63,727 bases of DNA, filler included, from Octopus bimaculoides (GCF_001194135.2; 7 parts of 7 records of this genome joined end to end with filler, not necessarily neighbours in it), one strand, 5' to 3'. Positions 24,959-39,087 are shown, counted from the whole stretch's first letter. The notes: a model not told the origin generated them from the letters alone. Numbers and translations are program-made.

Positions 24959-25638
24959 TAGACGTTCTCAACCGGGTCCATATGGCCCACGGGTATCCTA
25001 TAGACCTTAGAGATCCCTTAGATCCTTGAGACTTCTTATGGCTCTTAGGGGTGGGGTTCGCGTAGGCTTTTGTTTTTAAAACTTCTGCACAATAAATTAC
25101 TTATACTTCTACTATACATAAAAGTTTTTTTAGCATTTTTTTAATACAACTCCTAAAATTCATAATAGAAGGCACGTAGCTCAGTGGTTAGAGCGTCGGG
25201 CTCATGAGTGCGAGCCCGACGCTAAGATAACGGATAAAGCGAAACAAACCAGTTGGTGGGTTGTGTTCTCGAGCAAGACACTTTATTTCATGTTGCTCCG
25301 GTTCACTCAGCTGTAGAAATGAGTTGCGATGTCACTGGTGCCAAGCTGTATCGGCCCCTTTGCCTTTCCCTTGGATAACATTAGTGGCGTGGAGAGCGGA
25401 GGCTGGTAAGCATGGGTGACTGCTCGTCTTCTATAAACAACCTTGCCCGGACTTGTGCCTGGGAGGGTAACTTTCTAGGTGCAATCCCATGATCATTCAT
25501 CACTGAAGGGGGTCTTTCATTTTATAATTATAAAAATATAATTTTCTAAACCTGGAATGGTTATGTGGGTCCACCTGAGTAAAATAAGAATCAAAGAAGT
25601 CCATAGGTAAAAAAAAAAAAAATGGTTGAGAGTCGCTA
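24959..25638. mobile_element. hAT-family MITE with 8-bp TSD, interrupted by a SINE
   Basis: TIRs TAGACGTTCTCAACC / GGTTGAGAGTCGCTA; perfect TSD GTTTACAG at 24951-24958 and 25639-25646. Confidence 0.92.
25171..25518 (+). mobile_element. SINE family C with rearranged tRNA head
   Basis: A box TAGCTCAGTGGTTAGAGC present, B box replaced; family core intact. Confidence 0.9.
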
Positions 25639-26131
25639 GTTTACAGCATCAAACATATGTAACATTCGAGATTGTAAGCTAATCTTAAAACGTGAAAATT
25701 ATTTTTTTTAAAATTGATTTTTAAAATATCCCCTAATATTTTACCATGCCTTAATTTTACCATCAGATATTCTAAGTCTGCAATTTTTTTTAAAGCAAAG
25801 AGCATTGATATATTTGTTTATGAGAAACTGATTTGGATTAGATGATTGCAAGCGTAGTACTTTGTCTATTTTTTCCCCCATAAATATTGTTTAGCTTTGT
25901 ATTTTGAAGCATATAAGTATGTTTACACTAATGAAATATATTTACTTTGTATAAGTGAATATTTACTTACGCAAAGCAAAATACATCAATGCACTTGAAA
26001 TGCTTCTGATAGTGTTTATAAATTATTCCTATTGATAGTTATCATAATTATAAGTTACAGAAAAAATTATTATAATGATGATACTAATTCTTTTCAAAAT
26101 AGAACATGACTCGCATATAATAATAATAATG

Positions 26132-26348
26132 ATAATGGTCTCAAATTTTGGTACAAGGCCAGCAATCGGGGCGAAGGGAACTAGTCGATTACATCGACCC
26201 CAGTGTTCAGCTAGTACTTATTTTATCGACCCCGAAAGATAAAAGGTAAAGTTGACCTCGGCGGAATTTGAACTCAGAGCATAAAACGGGAGAAATGCCT
26301 CAATGCATTTTTCCCGGCGCGGTAACGATTCTGCCAGCTCGCAGCCTT
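26132..26348 (-). mobile_element. SINE family A
   Basis: GTTGACCTCGGCGGAATTTGAACTCAGA...CTGCCAGCTCGCAGCC. Confidence 0.9.
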
Positions 26349-26975
26349 GTAATAACACCGTTAATAACCCTTTCTATTAACGTTAGCATGTAAAAAATGT
26401 TTTGTTTAAAAAATACCCCTTGGAGGGAAGAAAAAGTTTGTTCAAGTTCTTTTTTTTTCAACATAATACTACATGCTTTTATTTGTAGCATTATCTACTT
26501 GTACAATTAAACCTTGGGAGAGGCATTATGCCGGTAATAAACACACGCATTGGTTCAGTCCTTTATTAATTTATATAGTTTTTTGTTAAATTATTTCATT
26601 GCACTCTTGCAATCTCTTCAGTAACTTGTCTCTCCACTTCCATTTATTTTGAATTGTATTTCTTTCAACACACGTATCCACATCAAGAATCTTGCACACG
26701 AAATACACATACGAAATATCTACTTGTAGTTACACCATTAAAAAACGATTTACTATAAATCTATATTGTTTTGATAGACAGATATCGATTTTGGTTTCAG
26801 GTTAAGATTATCATTTACAGTTTAACAAATATTGTTAAAACACTGATGACTATAAAACGAAAATACTGTAGCGAGAGATGTTTTTGTTCATGTAAATAGA
26901 TATTTAACCACAGGTCAGCTCTTCTTGACCAAACCAATGATTGTAAGCGTTCCATTCATGATCATTTGGTCTTCA

Positions 26976-27239
26976 TGTGTTGTTGTTGTTGGCACTCCGT
27001 CGCTTACGACGTGGAGGGTTCCAGTTGATCCGATCAACGGAACAGCCTGCTCGTGAAATTAACGTGCAAATGGCTGAGCACTCCACAGACACGTGTACCC
27101 TTAACGTAGTTCTCGGGGATATTCAGCGTGACACAGTGTGACAAGGCTGGCCCTTTGAGTTACAGGCACAACAGAAACAGGAAGTAAGAGTGAGAGAAAG
27201 TTGTGGCGAAAGAGTACAGCAGGGTTCGCCACCATCCCC
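26976..27239 (-). mobile_element. SINE family D, 3' part with (CAA)n tail
   Basis: High similarity to 4117-4350; TGTTGTTGTTG at the left end is a CAA tail on the minus strand; head lost in gap. Confidence 0.88.
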
Positions 27240-27859
27240 NNNNNNNNNNNNNNNNNNNNNNNNNNNNNNNNNNNNNNNNNNNNNNNNNNNNNNNNNNNNN
27301 NNNNNNNNNNNNNNNNNNNNNNNNNNNNNNNNNNNNNNNNNNNNNNNNNNNNNNNNNNNNNNNNNNNNNNNNNNNNNNNNNNNNNNNNNNNNNNNNNNNN
27401 NNNNNNNNNNNNNNNNNNNNNNNNNNNNNNNNNNNNNNNNNNNNNNNNNNNNNNNNNNNNNNNNNNNNNNNNNNNNNNNNNNNNNNNNNNNNNNNNNNNN
27501 NNNNNNNNNNNNNNNNNNNNNNNNNNNNNNNNNNNNNNNNNNNNNNNNNNNNNNNNNNNNNNNNNNNNNNNNNNNNNNNNNNNNNNNNNNNNNNNNNNNN
27601 NNNNNNNNNNNNNNNNNNNNNNNNNNNNNNNNNNNNNNNNNNNNNNNNNNNNNNNNNNNNNNNNNNNNNNNNNNNNNNNNNNNNNNNNNNNNNNNNNNNN
27701 NNNNNNNNNNNNNNNNNNNNNNNNNNNNNNNNNNNNNNNNNNNNNNNNNNNNNNNNNNNNNNNNNNNNNNNNNNNNNNNNNNNNNNNNNNNNNNNNNNNN
27801 NNNNNNNNNNNNNNNNNNNNNNNNNGTGTAGAGTAGTGATTTCAAACGTTTCTATGACC

Positions 27860-28226
27860 TCTTACTCTTTTACTTGTTTCAGTCATTTGACTGCGGCCAT
27901 GCTGGAGCCCCGCTTTTAGTCGAGCAAATCGACCCCAGGACTTACTTTGTAAGCCTAGTACTTATTCTATCGGTAAACACATCAGCATCGGTTGTCAAGC
28001 GACGTTGGGGGGACAAACACAGACATACAAACACACACACATATATATACATATACATATATACGACGGGCTTCTTTAAGTTTCCGTCTACTAATTCCAC
28101 TCACAAGGCTTTGGTCGGCCCAAGGCTATAGTAGAATACACTTGCCCAAGGTGCCACGCAGTGGGACTGAACCCGGAACCATGTGGCTGGTAAGCAAGCG
28201 ACTTACCACACAGTCACTCCTGCACC
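27860..28226 (-). mobile_element. SINE family B, near full length
   Basis: TTTCAGTCATTTGACTGCGGCCATGCTGG...GGGACTGAACCCGGAACCATG. Confidence 0.92.
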
Positions 28227-28290
28227 TGTTCACCTTTATCTTCCTTTGCTTAAGGTATGCGATACCTTTAGTGATATTTGATACTTGTAT

Positions 28291-28398
28291 AAGGCGGCAA
28301 ACTGGCAGAATGGTTAGCACACCGGGCAAAATGCCTAGACATTTCGTCCATCTTTACGCTATGAATTCAAATTCCGCCGAGATTGATTAGACTTTCAT
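28291..28398 (+). mobile_element. SINE family A, 5' part
   Basis: GGCGGCAAACTGGCAGAATGGTTAGC...AATTCAAATTCCGCCGAG. Confidence 0.85.
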
Positions 28399-28499
28399 AN
28401 NNNNNNNNNNNNNNNNNNNNNNNNNNNNNNNNNNNNNNNNNNNTTAATTAATTAANNNNNNNNNNNNNNNNNNNNNNNNNNNNNNNNNNNNNNNNNNNN

Positions 28500-28550
<51 letters not shown>

Positions 28551-29243
28551 CAAAAATATATAATATGTTTCTATGTATGTTGGTATATATATATATTTGT
28601 ATCTATGTATATATTTTGTGTTGTTTATATTTTGTTATTTAATGTTATTCACATCCATCTTTCATTCCCTTCCAATCTCAACCCTAAATTCCGCCTTCAT
28701 TACATTTGCTAAATTCTGTCAATATCATTAATTGATTCTCTATGTCATATCAATCTTTACATTAAAACTTCTAATCCATTCATTTGCATGGCCTGCACTT
28801 AGTTTTACTAGCGTGGAATAATGAAATGAATATCAATGGAACCAATTATCAATTATCACTCACACCATGCTATCATTAAAAGATATTCATGAAATTCCTA
28901 AATTCCCCTATATTCGCACACAGAACTACAGATTAAATATATTTGAATAACCACCATTTCCTCTCTACGACTCATTTTTCGAAATATTCCAGAGGCAAAA
29001 ATAAGAGATGCTTTTAGTATGCAGTTCCACGACACAATTTCAATTTTTCCACGTTATTTGATGGCCTTTACAGCGGAGATTATAGGCGTTTTTTTAATGA
29101 TTATATGTTCATCAACGTATCTCCATGGAGTAGATGAGCAATTTTAATTGATACTTACAGATAGTATTCGTTGACATGTACGAGCAATCAAACTTACAAG
29201 AAAATCTTTGGAAATATACTGAGCAAAGTTACATACACATGTA

Positions 29244-29915
29244 CAAGGCATAGTTAAAAAGTATCCGACCTTTGACCAAAAAGTAAGTAATATTAAAAAA
29301 ATCATTTTGATTTAGTCTCCTTCAAAATATTCGCTGTGGGAGTCTACACACTTATACCAGGATGTTGTAGAGCTGTGCTGTCGAATTTTGTTTAATGTTC
29401 ACTCTTGACTCACATTTTCTCCCTTTGAGTGCTTTTTTTTTTGAGCTTTGGGAAAAGCCAAATGTCACACGGAGCCAAGTTTGGTGAGTAGGAAGCATGA
29501 CATTTTGCTTGACGAGAAATGCTTGGACGACCTGGGCAGATTAAACTGACTGAACTGAACTGCCCCATGGCTGATTCCAACTTCGGCAACAAACTCCGCA
29601 ATAGTCACACGGCGATCTTCATAGACGATTCCTCGAACCTTTGCAATCATTTCCTCGTTTCTGCTAGTCGATGGTCGGCCACGACGTAGATCATTGTCCA
29701 CTGAGATGCGGCAATCTTTAAACCGGTTATACCACTCCTTTATTTGAGTTTTCCCATAGGATCATCTCGAAAGCCTTCTGCAAATTTTCGATAGTCCGGC
29801 CTTGCGTATCTCGAAGTTTCGGGCAGACTTTTTGATACAGTATCTTTGCTCAATGCGCTCGGTCATCTTGACTCAAAAGGAAAACCGCATAGTACACTCA
29901 TCACGTCTGTACTCA
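29244..29915 (-). mobile_element. Internally deleted mariner element with transposase pseudogene
   Basis: Minus-strand MTERIEQRYC, GKTQIKEWYNRFKD, RRGRPSTSRNEEMIAKVRGIVYEDRRVTI, then YSPNLAPCDIWLFPKLK (mariner YSPDLAP motif); TA-flanked end CAAGGCATAGTTAAAAAGTATCCGAC. Confidence 0.93.
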
Positions 29916-30492
29916 ATGCACACACACACACACATACATATATATATATGTATGTATGCATGTATGTATGAATACATGACATAGNNNNNNNNNNNNNNNN
30001 NNNNNNNNNNNNNNNNNNNNNNNNNNNNNNNNNNNNNNNNNNNNNNNNNNNNNNNNNNNNNNNNNNNNNNNNNNNNNNNNNNNNNNNNNNNNNNNNNNNN
30101 NNNNNNNNNNNNNNNNNNNNNNNNNNNNNNNNNNNNNNNNNNNNNNNNNNNNNNNNNNNNNNNNNNNNNNNNNNNNNNNNNNNNNNNNNNNNNNNNNNNN
30201 NNNNNNNNNTGTATATATATATATATATAAAATATGTATGTATGTAAGTATGCATGGAAAGATGAGGACTGAGATAGAATCAGGTACTTGAAATGGTATG
30301 CACCTGGTAGGATTGGATAATCTCTGTGGTTCCATCGTAAGTTATATATATAGAGTACATATACATATACACGCAAGACAAAGCCATTTACACACTCACG
30401 CACTCTCACGCAAAAAAATATGTACATATGTTTGTGTGTGTTTGTTCGTGTGAGTGTGTGTGCGTGTGTGTGTGTGTGCGTTTGTGAGTGAC

Positions 30493-30530
<38 letters not shown>

Positions 30531-31074
30531 ACTGATTTTCTATTTATTATTGTATTCTGTAGAGTTATTAGGACTTTGGATATTTTTTTTCATGGTTATT
30601 AATGAACTTTACTGCCCTCTATATTCAAATTTCGCCAAAGTTACCTTAATGTTTCACCCTTTCGATCCTCATGAAAGAAATAGCAATCCAAAGTGAAAAA
30701 CGGGAGAAAATGTTAAAAGATCGGGAAGTTTCAATTCGGTGCAATTTCATATTCTTCGGTACCGTGGAAAACAAATTCTTGCATGTAAAACTTCTTCATT
30801 TTTTACCCCACCTCGTTTGAATGCATAATCAATCTTGCCTAGTAGACTATATTTATACAGTTTTAAGTGCAATTTAATGCATATCAATGATATCGACAAT
30901 ACCTCATTTTGATACATTCTTTCTAGTGTCTCAAGTGAAATTGTCTTCTGATAATAGCGTTAACCACTCTCTTGTAAATGACATTAGAAAGGCCCTTTTC
31001 TGAAAGAGATCGGAATTGTATACCCCTAGTTCTGACAAAAACGTACTAGTTTCGGTTACTCCTGATAATGGCAA

Positions 31075-31250
31075 AATGATTAGCGGCATTTCCCTCTGCC
31101 TTCACGCTCTGAGTTCCAATTACTTTGAGGTCGACTTTGCCTTTTATACTTTAGGAGACGATGAAATAAGCACCAGCTGAACACTGGAGTTGATCTAATC
31201 GACTTATTACCTCCCACGAAACCGCTGGCTTTGTGCCAAATCATGGCATC
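31075..31250 (+). mobile_element. SINE family A, degenerate
   Basis: TCTGAGTTCCAATTACTTTGAGGTCGACTTTGCC and family body. Confidence 0.8.
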
Positions 31251-34200
31251 AGTATTAGGTTTTCTCCAATTTTTGTGGTATAGAAAGCAGCACATAATAG
31301 TGTATTTGAACCTCGATGATGCTGTTATAAATTGCTCTTTTGTATACGTAACTAACCTCAATTGAGAACGCTGCTATATTGTCGCCTCGTTCAAAATATT
31401 TCTTGTTCAGTGATTTTGATCAACAAATTCTTCTAAACGTATAAATAATCTCATAAAGCATTCAACTGTAGCAACGGCAGAGACAGTAACTCTACAAAAT
31501 TTTACTAAGGATGATAATTTTGGATCTAGAACAAATGAAGATTAATCAGATTAATAAAAGAAACATTAAAATGTATGATTTAGATCACTAATACATAAAT
31601 AGTTGCGTCGTATAACAGTCGAGAACTTACTGAATGTGTTTTAAAGACCAGTCTGACAGCTAAATCATTGAAGAGTATATAATACTATAACTAGTTCTTC
31701 CAAAGAATGGTACAAGAGTAACATTTTTATCCCATCGTCATAATACAACTGATGAACTTTGATCTAAACACATCTTATAGTGAACATAAATTATATCTTT
31801 ACAAAAATTGAAATTGAAGAATCAGTACCTGTGTGTTGTGTGGCATCTATCCTCGTATAATTACAATGTTCATTAACAATTTGATTTGGGGGATAAAAAA
31901 ATGCACCTTGGAATGAAGAGACACGGCTTTGGCAGGTAATTACTCAGGACTGATAGAGTTTCAATATGTCGATAAATCAAGAATAAGTGATTCTATCTTG
32001 TAAAGTATCATACTTGCCGAATCAAAGTAGATAAGTTATTTCTGCTTCACACTTCTATGAACGTATGTATATACGGATGGACAATCGAAAGAAAAGGGCA
32101 CTCTCAACACATTTAGTAAGAGGTACATGTATTATTTTTAAAAAGTCTGATTCCGTTTCGTGCGACTTCATGTTTCGCAGGCACCTAACCCGAGTTATGT
32201 ATGTGTGTGTGTTGAGAAAAGAGAGGTAACTAGAATGTTGAATAAATTTTTATTTGCGTTTTCGTCTTATTCATTGAAATTTACCAGATTAAGTTTCATA
32301 CAAAATTTCCGTGCATTATATACACATATGGACGAAGATATTTTTGTTTGATATCTATATGTGCAGGCATATGTATGTGAGTGTGTCTATCTGTGTGTAT
32401 GTGCGTGTGTGTGTATCTTTTTAAGATGAATTTTTAATGTTATAGACTTGATGATATATTTGAAGACGCAAACTGGACACTTTTAGTTACTTAAAAAAAT
32501 ATATTTTGCAAATTTTAAAAGCCTGTAGTTTTTCCATTTTAAGCCAATACAATTTGTTATCAAATACTGCCAACATAACGCGTATTTTTCCTCCTTTACT
32601 GATCGTCAAAACATATATACATATAATACTGTGGATGTCCTCTGATTTCTCATCTGTTTTACCCTGCAAAATTTTGACAGCTTCCATGTTAGCTGTCAAA
32701 AATCACATAATTCTTAATTTCATGGATAGCTTTTTAATATATTTATTATGTAGATGTTTTCTGCAGGGACTACGGCATGAATATGCTCTGTATATTATGA
32801 ATATGTAATTTCATGTGTAACTATTATCTGTGAAGTTATGCTGGATGCTATTTATGTTGATGTATCATACAGAAGAGCTACCACAGATGCTGAAGACATG
32901 TCTAAATTTACGTTGTGAGTTGAGTGTAAAGTTATAGACTATCGGTGATGAGCGTCAAGTTGCACATAATAGATATTTTCAATAGCATCTTCAAAGTAGA
33001 CAGCTATGCTGTACTTATTCAGTCAGATAGAAGAATGTCTGACAGAGCGTGTGAGAGAGTGATAATGTGAATATTGATTAAACCTATCAGGTATGTTTTC
33101 GCAGGATACATATAAGCTCTATGATTTTTTTTATGATTTTCTTTTTCTTTTACCGAAGACATTCTCCACAAAATATTTCATAAATAAAAGCTTAGATATC
33201 CTCCAGAAAAGATTAAATATTCGGTATTGAAATGATTTACACTAAATGACTAAAATTGTAAAAGCCAAATGTGAAGCAGTAATCTAGCAGAAAACTGTGT
33301 GTATAAAAGCAGCTCTAAATACTCGGAAATTAGGGTTAGCATGCAAAGGTATGATAAACTTTATAATCATTGTTACTATTGGAAATCGATTGCATCATAC
33401 ATTATTAATATAAACAACAGAATAATATCCTATAATCCGTAAAACACATGAATATATTAAAACAGAAACGAAGTTTATATATTTCCTAAATATATGAACA
33501 CCACTGAGCAACAAAGTATCTAAACGGAAATCTAAGAGAAAATAATTAATCCAAGATATCAAAACAGCAAAATCTGTCACATTTTATGACGGGGATCCTC
33601 TAAAACTCTCCGTATAAAAAAAAGCCTGCCCAATTATAAGAACAGCATACGTAATGCGATATTAGTGCTACCATCATCATCAAAAATAGAGTGCTAAAAC
33701 ATGATCCTCTCCAAATAAGTGGCGCTCCGATGACAATAAAAGCATCGTTAATACATTATACAACATAAGAAAACCAAACTTGAAGTATAACTAAGACCCA
33801 TACAACTGTGAATGAATGTTAAACAGAATGGAATTAAATCTGAGCACAGAAATACACTTATCAAAACAAGGCGTCATGGAATGTTTAACACGATAAAGTG
33901 GTTAACCTCTCGATGTAGCGTAAACTATCTTTAGATATTGATTAACTACCAACGTAGGGAAACTACGAAAAGACTACATAATTATGTCACATTCTGACAA
34001 CCTTTGAAAAATTGTTAATGTTTACTTCGTCTAATGAATGTTTAATAAATGCCCTGCATGTTGCCTGATATGTACCGCGTGTAAAAGACGAAACATAGTT
34101 CATATCAATACTATGCAGATTATGTTGACTTCCAACACCAATACCTACATGATATTGAGACTCAGGTTAAAATAGAAATGGCTCTTTAGAATTTGATACA

Positions 34201-34559
34201 TACAACGTATTCTTAAAAGGAAACATAGAACGTATTCAAAAGGGAACGTAGAAAGTAGGGAGCATGCAAAAACCAGAGACAAATAACCCAGTATCCGATG
34301 TCCGAACGTCAACTAATTTACACTATATTCAAAATTGTAAACCCCCAAAATCTATGGCTAAAGCATGCGTAGCAAGCTGAGATAATGAAAATAAATACAA
34401 AAAAGATCATTATTCTTACAAGAAGTATATACAACAAAAAAATGAACGAACCAAAAATACACGATCAAAGATTGTAATGAACGGTTATAAAGCAGGTGGG
34501 TAGACATTTTGAAGAACAAAGCATTGCAAGGAAGACACACAGAGTTTTGTTGTTGCAGA

Positions 34560-35718
34560 GAAAGGATGGGTTTCAAATAACATCATATAAATGTAATTAT
34601 TAGGATAGAACAGAACATTTCTGTGTGTGGGAATAACAGGATTCCAAAGAAACGAGACGGAGGACAGCTAATAAAGAAAACCAAAAGCAAAACACGAAGA
34701 AGTCGAACATAGAACAAAATATTCCACAGTCGATTATGAAATCAATCACTAAAGCATAGAATAGGAAAGATAGTGTGAGGTAAGAGAGCCTCTGACATCA
34801 AAGAGCGCCTTAGAAACTGATCATTGCTCAAATGAAAATCTATAGCGGTAGGAAAAGCGACAAATTCCTTTTCAACAAACCGAACTATTCCAAACCAGTG
34901 CAAAATTATTTTATCAAGAACTGAGTTGAAATATAATAGAAATCAATTTTGTTCCAGCATCACATATCTGAGAATTCCGGCATCACCATGGTTATGATTG
35001 TTGAGTACAATAAACGCAGTACCTGCGCAAATATCGACGACATCTCAGGCGAAGTAGTTGAAAACAAGTACACGACTAGATGACACGAATTGATAGAAAC
35101 GGAAACACTCAGAGAAAATAATAGACTGGAACATACATGAAGCGCAGATAGACGAAAGAACCAAAAATAATATGTTATGGACACTGAGGGGAAGCTTATA
35201 TTAATCCCAAGACTGAAGGCTCCGTAAAATAGTTGGAGATACAGAACCGTAACTGAACTTGTTACAGTTTACACAGCTTCAAATGCACTAATATGGGAAC
35301 CAATACATAAAGCACTAGAAAAATTAAACGCATCCAGCAGAGCAGTAAGGAAGACAGCCAAAACTTGTGTGGGTGTATGTCTAAGTGAACTGCATGATTT
35401 TTGACAATGATCTACGTATGTGGTGCCTCTAAATATTAGAAATAAGTAAAATGATACTGTAGCACCAATATGTATACACCATAAATGGCAAAATATGTGT
35501 GCGTAAAATGATTCTTTTATTCTTTTCTTTGTTTCGGTTACTTGAGTGCGGTCATGCTGGAGAAACACATTAAGGGGTTTTAGTGGAACAAATGAACCCA
35601 AGTACTTATTCTTTATAAACCGAGTATTTATTGTCTTTTTCTTTTGCCGGAGCGCTAAGTTATGGTGGCATGAATACACTAACATCGATTGTGAAGCGAC
35701 AGTGGTGGACAGACACAA

Positions 35719-35751
<33 letters not shown>

Positions 35752-36380
35752 CGAGGGGCTTCTTTCAGATCCCGTCTACCAAATCCACTCACAAGGCTTT
35801 AGGCGGACGAGGATACAGTACGAGACATTTGCCAAACGTGGGACTGAAACCGGAACCATGTGGTTGGAAAGCAAGCTTCTTACCACTCAGCCACACCCAA
35901 AAATAATTCTATAGATTTTTGGTGTATCTAAGTTAAGAGGAATACTCTAAGAATATTTTAATGCGGTTCCTTCTTTCCAACCCAAGATCTTCGACATAAA
36001 AGCAATAAAACAAGATTCCGTAATATTATAGAAGATAAGATTGTAGGAAAATCAACCAGACTTTGTCTAAACGATTTCATAATGTACGTTGCCGATGATA
36101 GTCAACAAGAAACTTAGCTGCAGATAGTACTCGAACATAGAAGATAAATTATTTTTAAATCAGTTAAAATAATGCGGTGACCCAAACTTGGATAGAAGAA
36201 TATTCATTCAAACACGTGATATGATGATAGATAAAAGAAAAGGTAATGAATGGATTACATGAAACAGACAGATCAATAGTTCTATGATTTAGACAGAGAA
36301 CAGTAAATAGCAATGGAGAAACCAGTAAGAAATGTACATATAAGCATTATGTACAGATTTTAAATGGAGATAAATAAAAA
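34560..36380 (+). mobile_element. Highly decayed R4/Dong-clade non-LTR retrotransposon, RT region
   Basis: Broken peptides QQTELFQTSAKLFYQEL, PAEQ*G...MIFDN and KINQ..NDFIMYVADDSQQET*LQIV resemble R4-type LF..N.K.FY.EL, EQKGC and INHLLYMDDLKLYA motifs; split by a SINE. Confidence 0.75.
35525..35898 (-). mobile_element. SINE family B nested in the R4/Dong remnant
   Basis: GCGGTCATGCTGGAG...GGGACTGAAACCGGAACCATG. Confidence 0.88.
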
Positions 36381-36439
36381 AAGAATAAAAATTGTAAAAT
36401 GTAAATACATTTTACCGAACGCGTGAGGCATTTATGTAT

Positions 36440-37020
36440 AGTAATGCTCTTAATATAAATAAATATATTAATAAGGAATAATCAATAAATTTTCCTTTTA
36501 TGAGGTTTTTCTCATGCTAACTACTTGATAAATTCTTATAAAGATTTTATCCTATATTTAAATTGTATATATATCTCCCTCTACCACTCTTTCTCCTACC
36601 TTACCCTGGTCACGTGTCTGACTAATTCTTTCTTTTATATCTTCGCTTTCGCGAAGCTAGCACGAACCAACATTCGTCTCCTTTCCAGTTCGTTGCTTCA
36701 CTAGCGTTCAGCACATATATATTTTTCACGTCTGGCCGTATAGCCTTCTTGTTTGTTCTCTCTGTTTTGTTTTCCTGTTTTGTTTTGTCCGACACTACAT
36801 TCCTACACGTTACAAATTTAATTTGAATTAATTTTAATTTTAATTTAATTTGTGGTCCGTGGGAAGAACCGTTTTAACGATGCGTCTTGCCCTAACTCTT
36901 CGAAACGCCAGTGTTAGAATGGGGGCAGCTGATGAAGGGGATGTTCTCTATGTGGCCTGTGTGTTTTCTGTACTCGTTTATCATTTTGTGTACGCTTTGT
37001 TTACAATGTCCTGTACCCAG
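36440..37020. mobile_element. Penelope-like terminal-repeat remnant
   Basis: CTTCGAAACG...GCTGATGAAGGGG motif; 36490-36560 recurs inverted at 44295-44372. Confidence 0.45.
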
Positions 37021-37098
37021 ATATGCATCTATATATACAGGTAGATGTAAGTATGTACATACATGTACGTATTTATGCATATACTCATTTATTATTTG

Positions 37099-37148
<50 letters not shown>

Positions 37149-37551
37149 GCGTGTGGGTGTGTGCGTGCGTGTGTATGTATGTGTGTGCGTATATGTACAT
37201 GCGTGTATCCGCGAATACGTGTGTATGTGTGTGATGGGATCTCCCGTCGAAAGCAACGTCTAGGTGTTCAGTAATGAGAACAGAAACAGCACCAACAAAC
37301 TTCAATAATAAGAAGACGGCAACATTTAGACAAATAAAGCAGGTGAACCGGAAAGTCAGAAGATAGAAACACAATATTATCACGCACACAAAAGCAAACT
37401 GTCCACAGATAAAAATCCTACAATATAGTCAATTTCTTTTCATTATTTATGATAAAAATCCTAGAACACTGAAATGTTCTCATTATTTAAAATTTAAGTA
37501 CGTACAGATAAAAACTCCAATATAACTTTGTATGAATTATATTTCTAATTG

Positions 37552-37680
37552 CGCTGAGGTCGACTTTACCTGTCATTATTACGATGAAACAATTATCAAT
37601 CACGTACTGCGGTCGATGTAATCGACTAGCCTCTTCGCCCCAAAATATCATTCCTTGAGCCTATAGTAGAAAGATTTATT
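37552..37680 (+). mobile_element. SINE family A, 3' fragment
   Basis: GAGGTCGACTTTACC...GTCGATGTAATCGAC. Confidence 0.7.
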
Positions 37681-38034
37681 TACAATTATGAATTGTACAA
37701 AGAATTTTATTCAATTTGATGAGTATTCATATTCACTTTCAGACCTCTATCACATTCTTACACAGTAAGGCGGTCATTGAACATACTTGATTCTTGATTT
37801 TGTGCTCATCTGAGATGATATAAAGTCTTATGGAATTGAGCAGCTTGGCATGGAAGAAATTTGGTTCATATTCTACATAATAAAATTAAGTTTTACCATT
37901 TGGGTAGGAATTGCTCTTGCAATTAAAAGCTGAAGTCAAATGATTGTCAAAAATACTAAATAGCACCAAAAAAAAAACATACGTTTATCTAGGTATGAAT
38001 CTGATAAATTTTCTCCTGTACTACATATTATCCA

Positions 38035-38338
38035 GTAAGGCAGCGAGCTGGCAGAAACGTTAGCACGCTGGGCGAAATGCTTAGCGGTAATTCGTCGACC
38101 GTTAAGTAGCAGTTACGCACTGGAGTCGATATAATCGACTTACTCCGTTTGTTTGTCCTTGTTTGTCCCATCTGTGTGTAGCCCCTTGTGGGCAGTAAAG
38201 AAATAAGAAACGTTAGCACTTTGCCTTTCATCCTTTCGGAGCCGATAAATTAAGTACCAGTTGCGTACTCGAGTCGATGTAGTTGACTGTACTTCTCCCC
38301 CAAAATTCCGGACCTTGTGCCTAGAGTAGGAAAGAATA
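38035..38338 (+). mobile_element. Two fused and deleted SINE family A copies
   Basis: Head GGCAGCGAGCTGGCAGAAACGTTAGCAC; second GAAACGTTAGCAC near 38207 followed by family body. Confidence 0.8.
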
Positions 38339-38519
38339 CATATTATTCAGTAATAAAATGATGCGTTTTATCTTTTAACGTTTACTTCTTTCAGTCATTA
38401 GACTATTGAGAAGCAGGAGCTTTAATGACATTTAGTTGAATCAATCAACTCAAGTACTTATTATCAAAGGTTGTTATGTATTCTATTTGCGTATTTTGCG
38501 GAACCGCTACACCTACGTT

Positions 38520-38553
<34 letters not shown>

Positions 38554-38753
38554 NNNNNNNNNNNNNNNNNNNNNNNNNNNNNNNNNNNNNNNNNNNNNNN
38601 NNNNNNNNNNNNNNNNNNNNNNNNNNNNNNNNNNNNNNNNNNNNNNNNNNNNNNNNNNNNNNNNNNNNNNNNNNNNNNNNNNNNNNNNNNNNNNNNNNNN
38701 NNNNNNNNNNNNNNNNNNNNNNNNNNNNNNNNNNNNNNNNNNNNNNNNNNNNN

Positions 38754-38808
<55 letters not shown>

Positions 38809-38894
38809 TGGTGACATGATACCGAGTTTGAATATGAAACACCAGTCATACGTTCTAGTATGCTACTAAAAATACCACAAGATTTACATATATT

Positions 38895-39087
38895 GATTTC
38901 AAATGTTGGCACGAGACCAGTAATTTCGGGGGAGCGGATAAGCTGGCTGATTAGATCGGCCCTAATACTCAAATGGTATTTATTTTATCGACTACAAAAT
39001 GATAAAAAGTAGAGAACGCTAAGACGGACGAGATGCTGCTAAACATTTCGCCCGGAGCAGTGATGATTCTGCCAGTTTGCCGCTTTA
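38895..39087 (-). mobile_element. SINE family A, degenerate
   Basis: CATTTCGCCCGG...TTCTGCCAGTTTGCCGC. Confidence 0.75.

Noticed and set aside
36895-36945. CGAAAC...CTGATGAAGGGG as a permuted hammerhead
   Set aside because: Stem I cannot be paired in this copy, so it is kept only as a Penelope-like remnant
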